IMG/VR virus record: IMGVR_UViG_3300045256_000050 | Span: 180,987 to 244,986 of that record | Length of the DNA: 64,000 bases | Reading direction: 5' to 3' (one strand) | Shown: piece by piece, positions 63,238-64,000 of the stretch | Layout of the letters: each line of letters starts with the position of its first letter | How positions within the stretch are numbered: the stretch's first letter is position 1 | Notes under the pieces: model-generated | The model's database searches: none | What the model was told of the DNA's origin: nothing | Seen by the model: only the letters and a program-made list of their open reading frames with translations | Program-made: the position numbers and the translations under genes

Positions 63238-64000
63238 ATGCTCGTAGTGGAACGACACCACATTGCCGGAAATGACACGATCATCCGGCTCTGCTCAAAC
63301 TCAAAGGAATTGTACAACCAGTGCAATTTCCTCATGAGACACGCTTGGTTCGGCGGCAACCCACTACCCGACATCAACATCCTTGTCACCGCCGTCAAGG
63401 ACACCGACTGCTTCAAGAACCTCCACAATACCAAGACGGCGAAGCAGACAGTACGCAAGTGCCTGACCGATTGGAAGAACTTTAGGAAGACACTCAACGC
63501 CTACACGAAAGACCCGACCAAGTTCGTCAAGCGACCGAAACCACCATACTACAAGGAGAAGCTGGCTCAGGTCATCTTCTACAACGAAACCATCAAGGGA
63601 GGGCAAAACAAGAAGAAGGCGAAACCCAACACGATCACGCCCACCAATGACTGTTTCGGGATTCAGAGCCAGAGGCAGTACAAGCAGGTGATCCTGACGC
63701 CCAAGAGGTTCGGGTTCGTCGTGGACGTTCAGTATGAACAACCTGCACAACCGAGAAGCAAGGCAAAAGGCATAGCGTGCGTTGACATCGGGTTGAACAA
63801 CTTGTGTGCGATAACATCAGACCAGACAACGACTTCCATACTGGTCAACGGTCGCATCTGCAAGAGCATCAACCAGAAGTTCAACAAGCACAACACCAAG
63901 CGAGAAAGCAAGAAACGGTACTTTAGGTTGGAGAACTACTTTCACCACGTCAGCAAGTTCCTGATCCAATTTTGCCTGAAGCATGGTATCGGGACAATCA
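63238..64000 (+). CDS. tnpB: Second TnpB (IS605 OrfB type), truncated by window end
   Basis: Manual translation MLVVERHHI...SKELYNQCN...RPKPPYYK...ACVDIGLNNL (RuvC I)...NYFHHVSKFLIQFC; absent from the ORF track because it has no stop; TAAATA 5 nt before ATG. Confidence 0.9.
   Translation, partial: MLVVERHHIAGNDTIIRLCSNSKELYNQCNFLMRHAWFGGNPLPDINILVTAVKDTDCFKNLHNTKTAKQTVRKCLTDWKNFRKTLNAYTKDPTKFVKRPKPPYYKEKLAQVIFYNETIKGGQNKKKAKPNTITPTNDCFGIQSQRQYKQVILTPKRFGFVVDVQYEQPAQPRSKAKGIACVDIGLNNLCAITSDQTTTSILVNGRICKSINQKFNKHNTKRESKKRYFRLENYFHHVSKFLIQFCLKHGIGTI

Noticed and set aside
63066-63911. Minus-strand ORFs at the window end
   Set aside because: They are antisense to the unlisted plus-strand tnpB that starts at 63238.
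1-64000. Alternative genetic code (stop-codon reassignment) as in some jumbo phages
   Set aside because: Recognisable proteins (RT, TnpB, Dam, helicase, S8) are full length under code 11, and TAA, TAG and TGA all end genes at expected places.

Overview
This GC-rich, densely coding window looks like part of a large lytic T4-like (jumbo) phage genome, not a cellular chromosome. There are no core housekeeping operons, many short unknown ORFs, virion-type lectin and Gly-repeat proteins, phage-type helicase, primase-polymerase, RNA ligase and Dam genes, and homing endonucleases. Several accessory genes suggest a Planctomycetota-like host, which is an inference. Well-supported elements: a complete group II intron (792-3150, RT/maturase/HNH) splitting a Thg1-like tRNA guanylyltransferase at its QSD|E motif; IS200/IS605 tnpA and two tnpB genes; a tRNA-Leu(TAG) with a short variable loop; about 8 glycosyltransferase-like genes plus an HldD-like epimerase; and chaperone or proteostasis genes (GroES-like, DnaJ, McsA-like, thioredoxin, IscA, S8 protease). 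Two window-wide patterns were read directly from the sequence. One is a recurrent intergenic TA(A/G/T)ATA or TAACTA motif resembling the T4 late promoter. The other is a set of unrelated ORFs starting with an M-x(1-2)-F/Y-K/Q-E/x-W/F leader resembling the T4 capsid-targeting sequence. The most interesting candidate systems are (i) phage-encoded heptose-type glycosylation of SGG-repeat virion proteins, (ii) capsid-packaged effectors including a nuclease-fold protein, and (iii) TnpB nucleases and a catalytically dead LAGLIDADG placed directly behind the late-promoter motif. All family assignments come from motif recognition by eye, and no database search was run.
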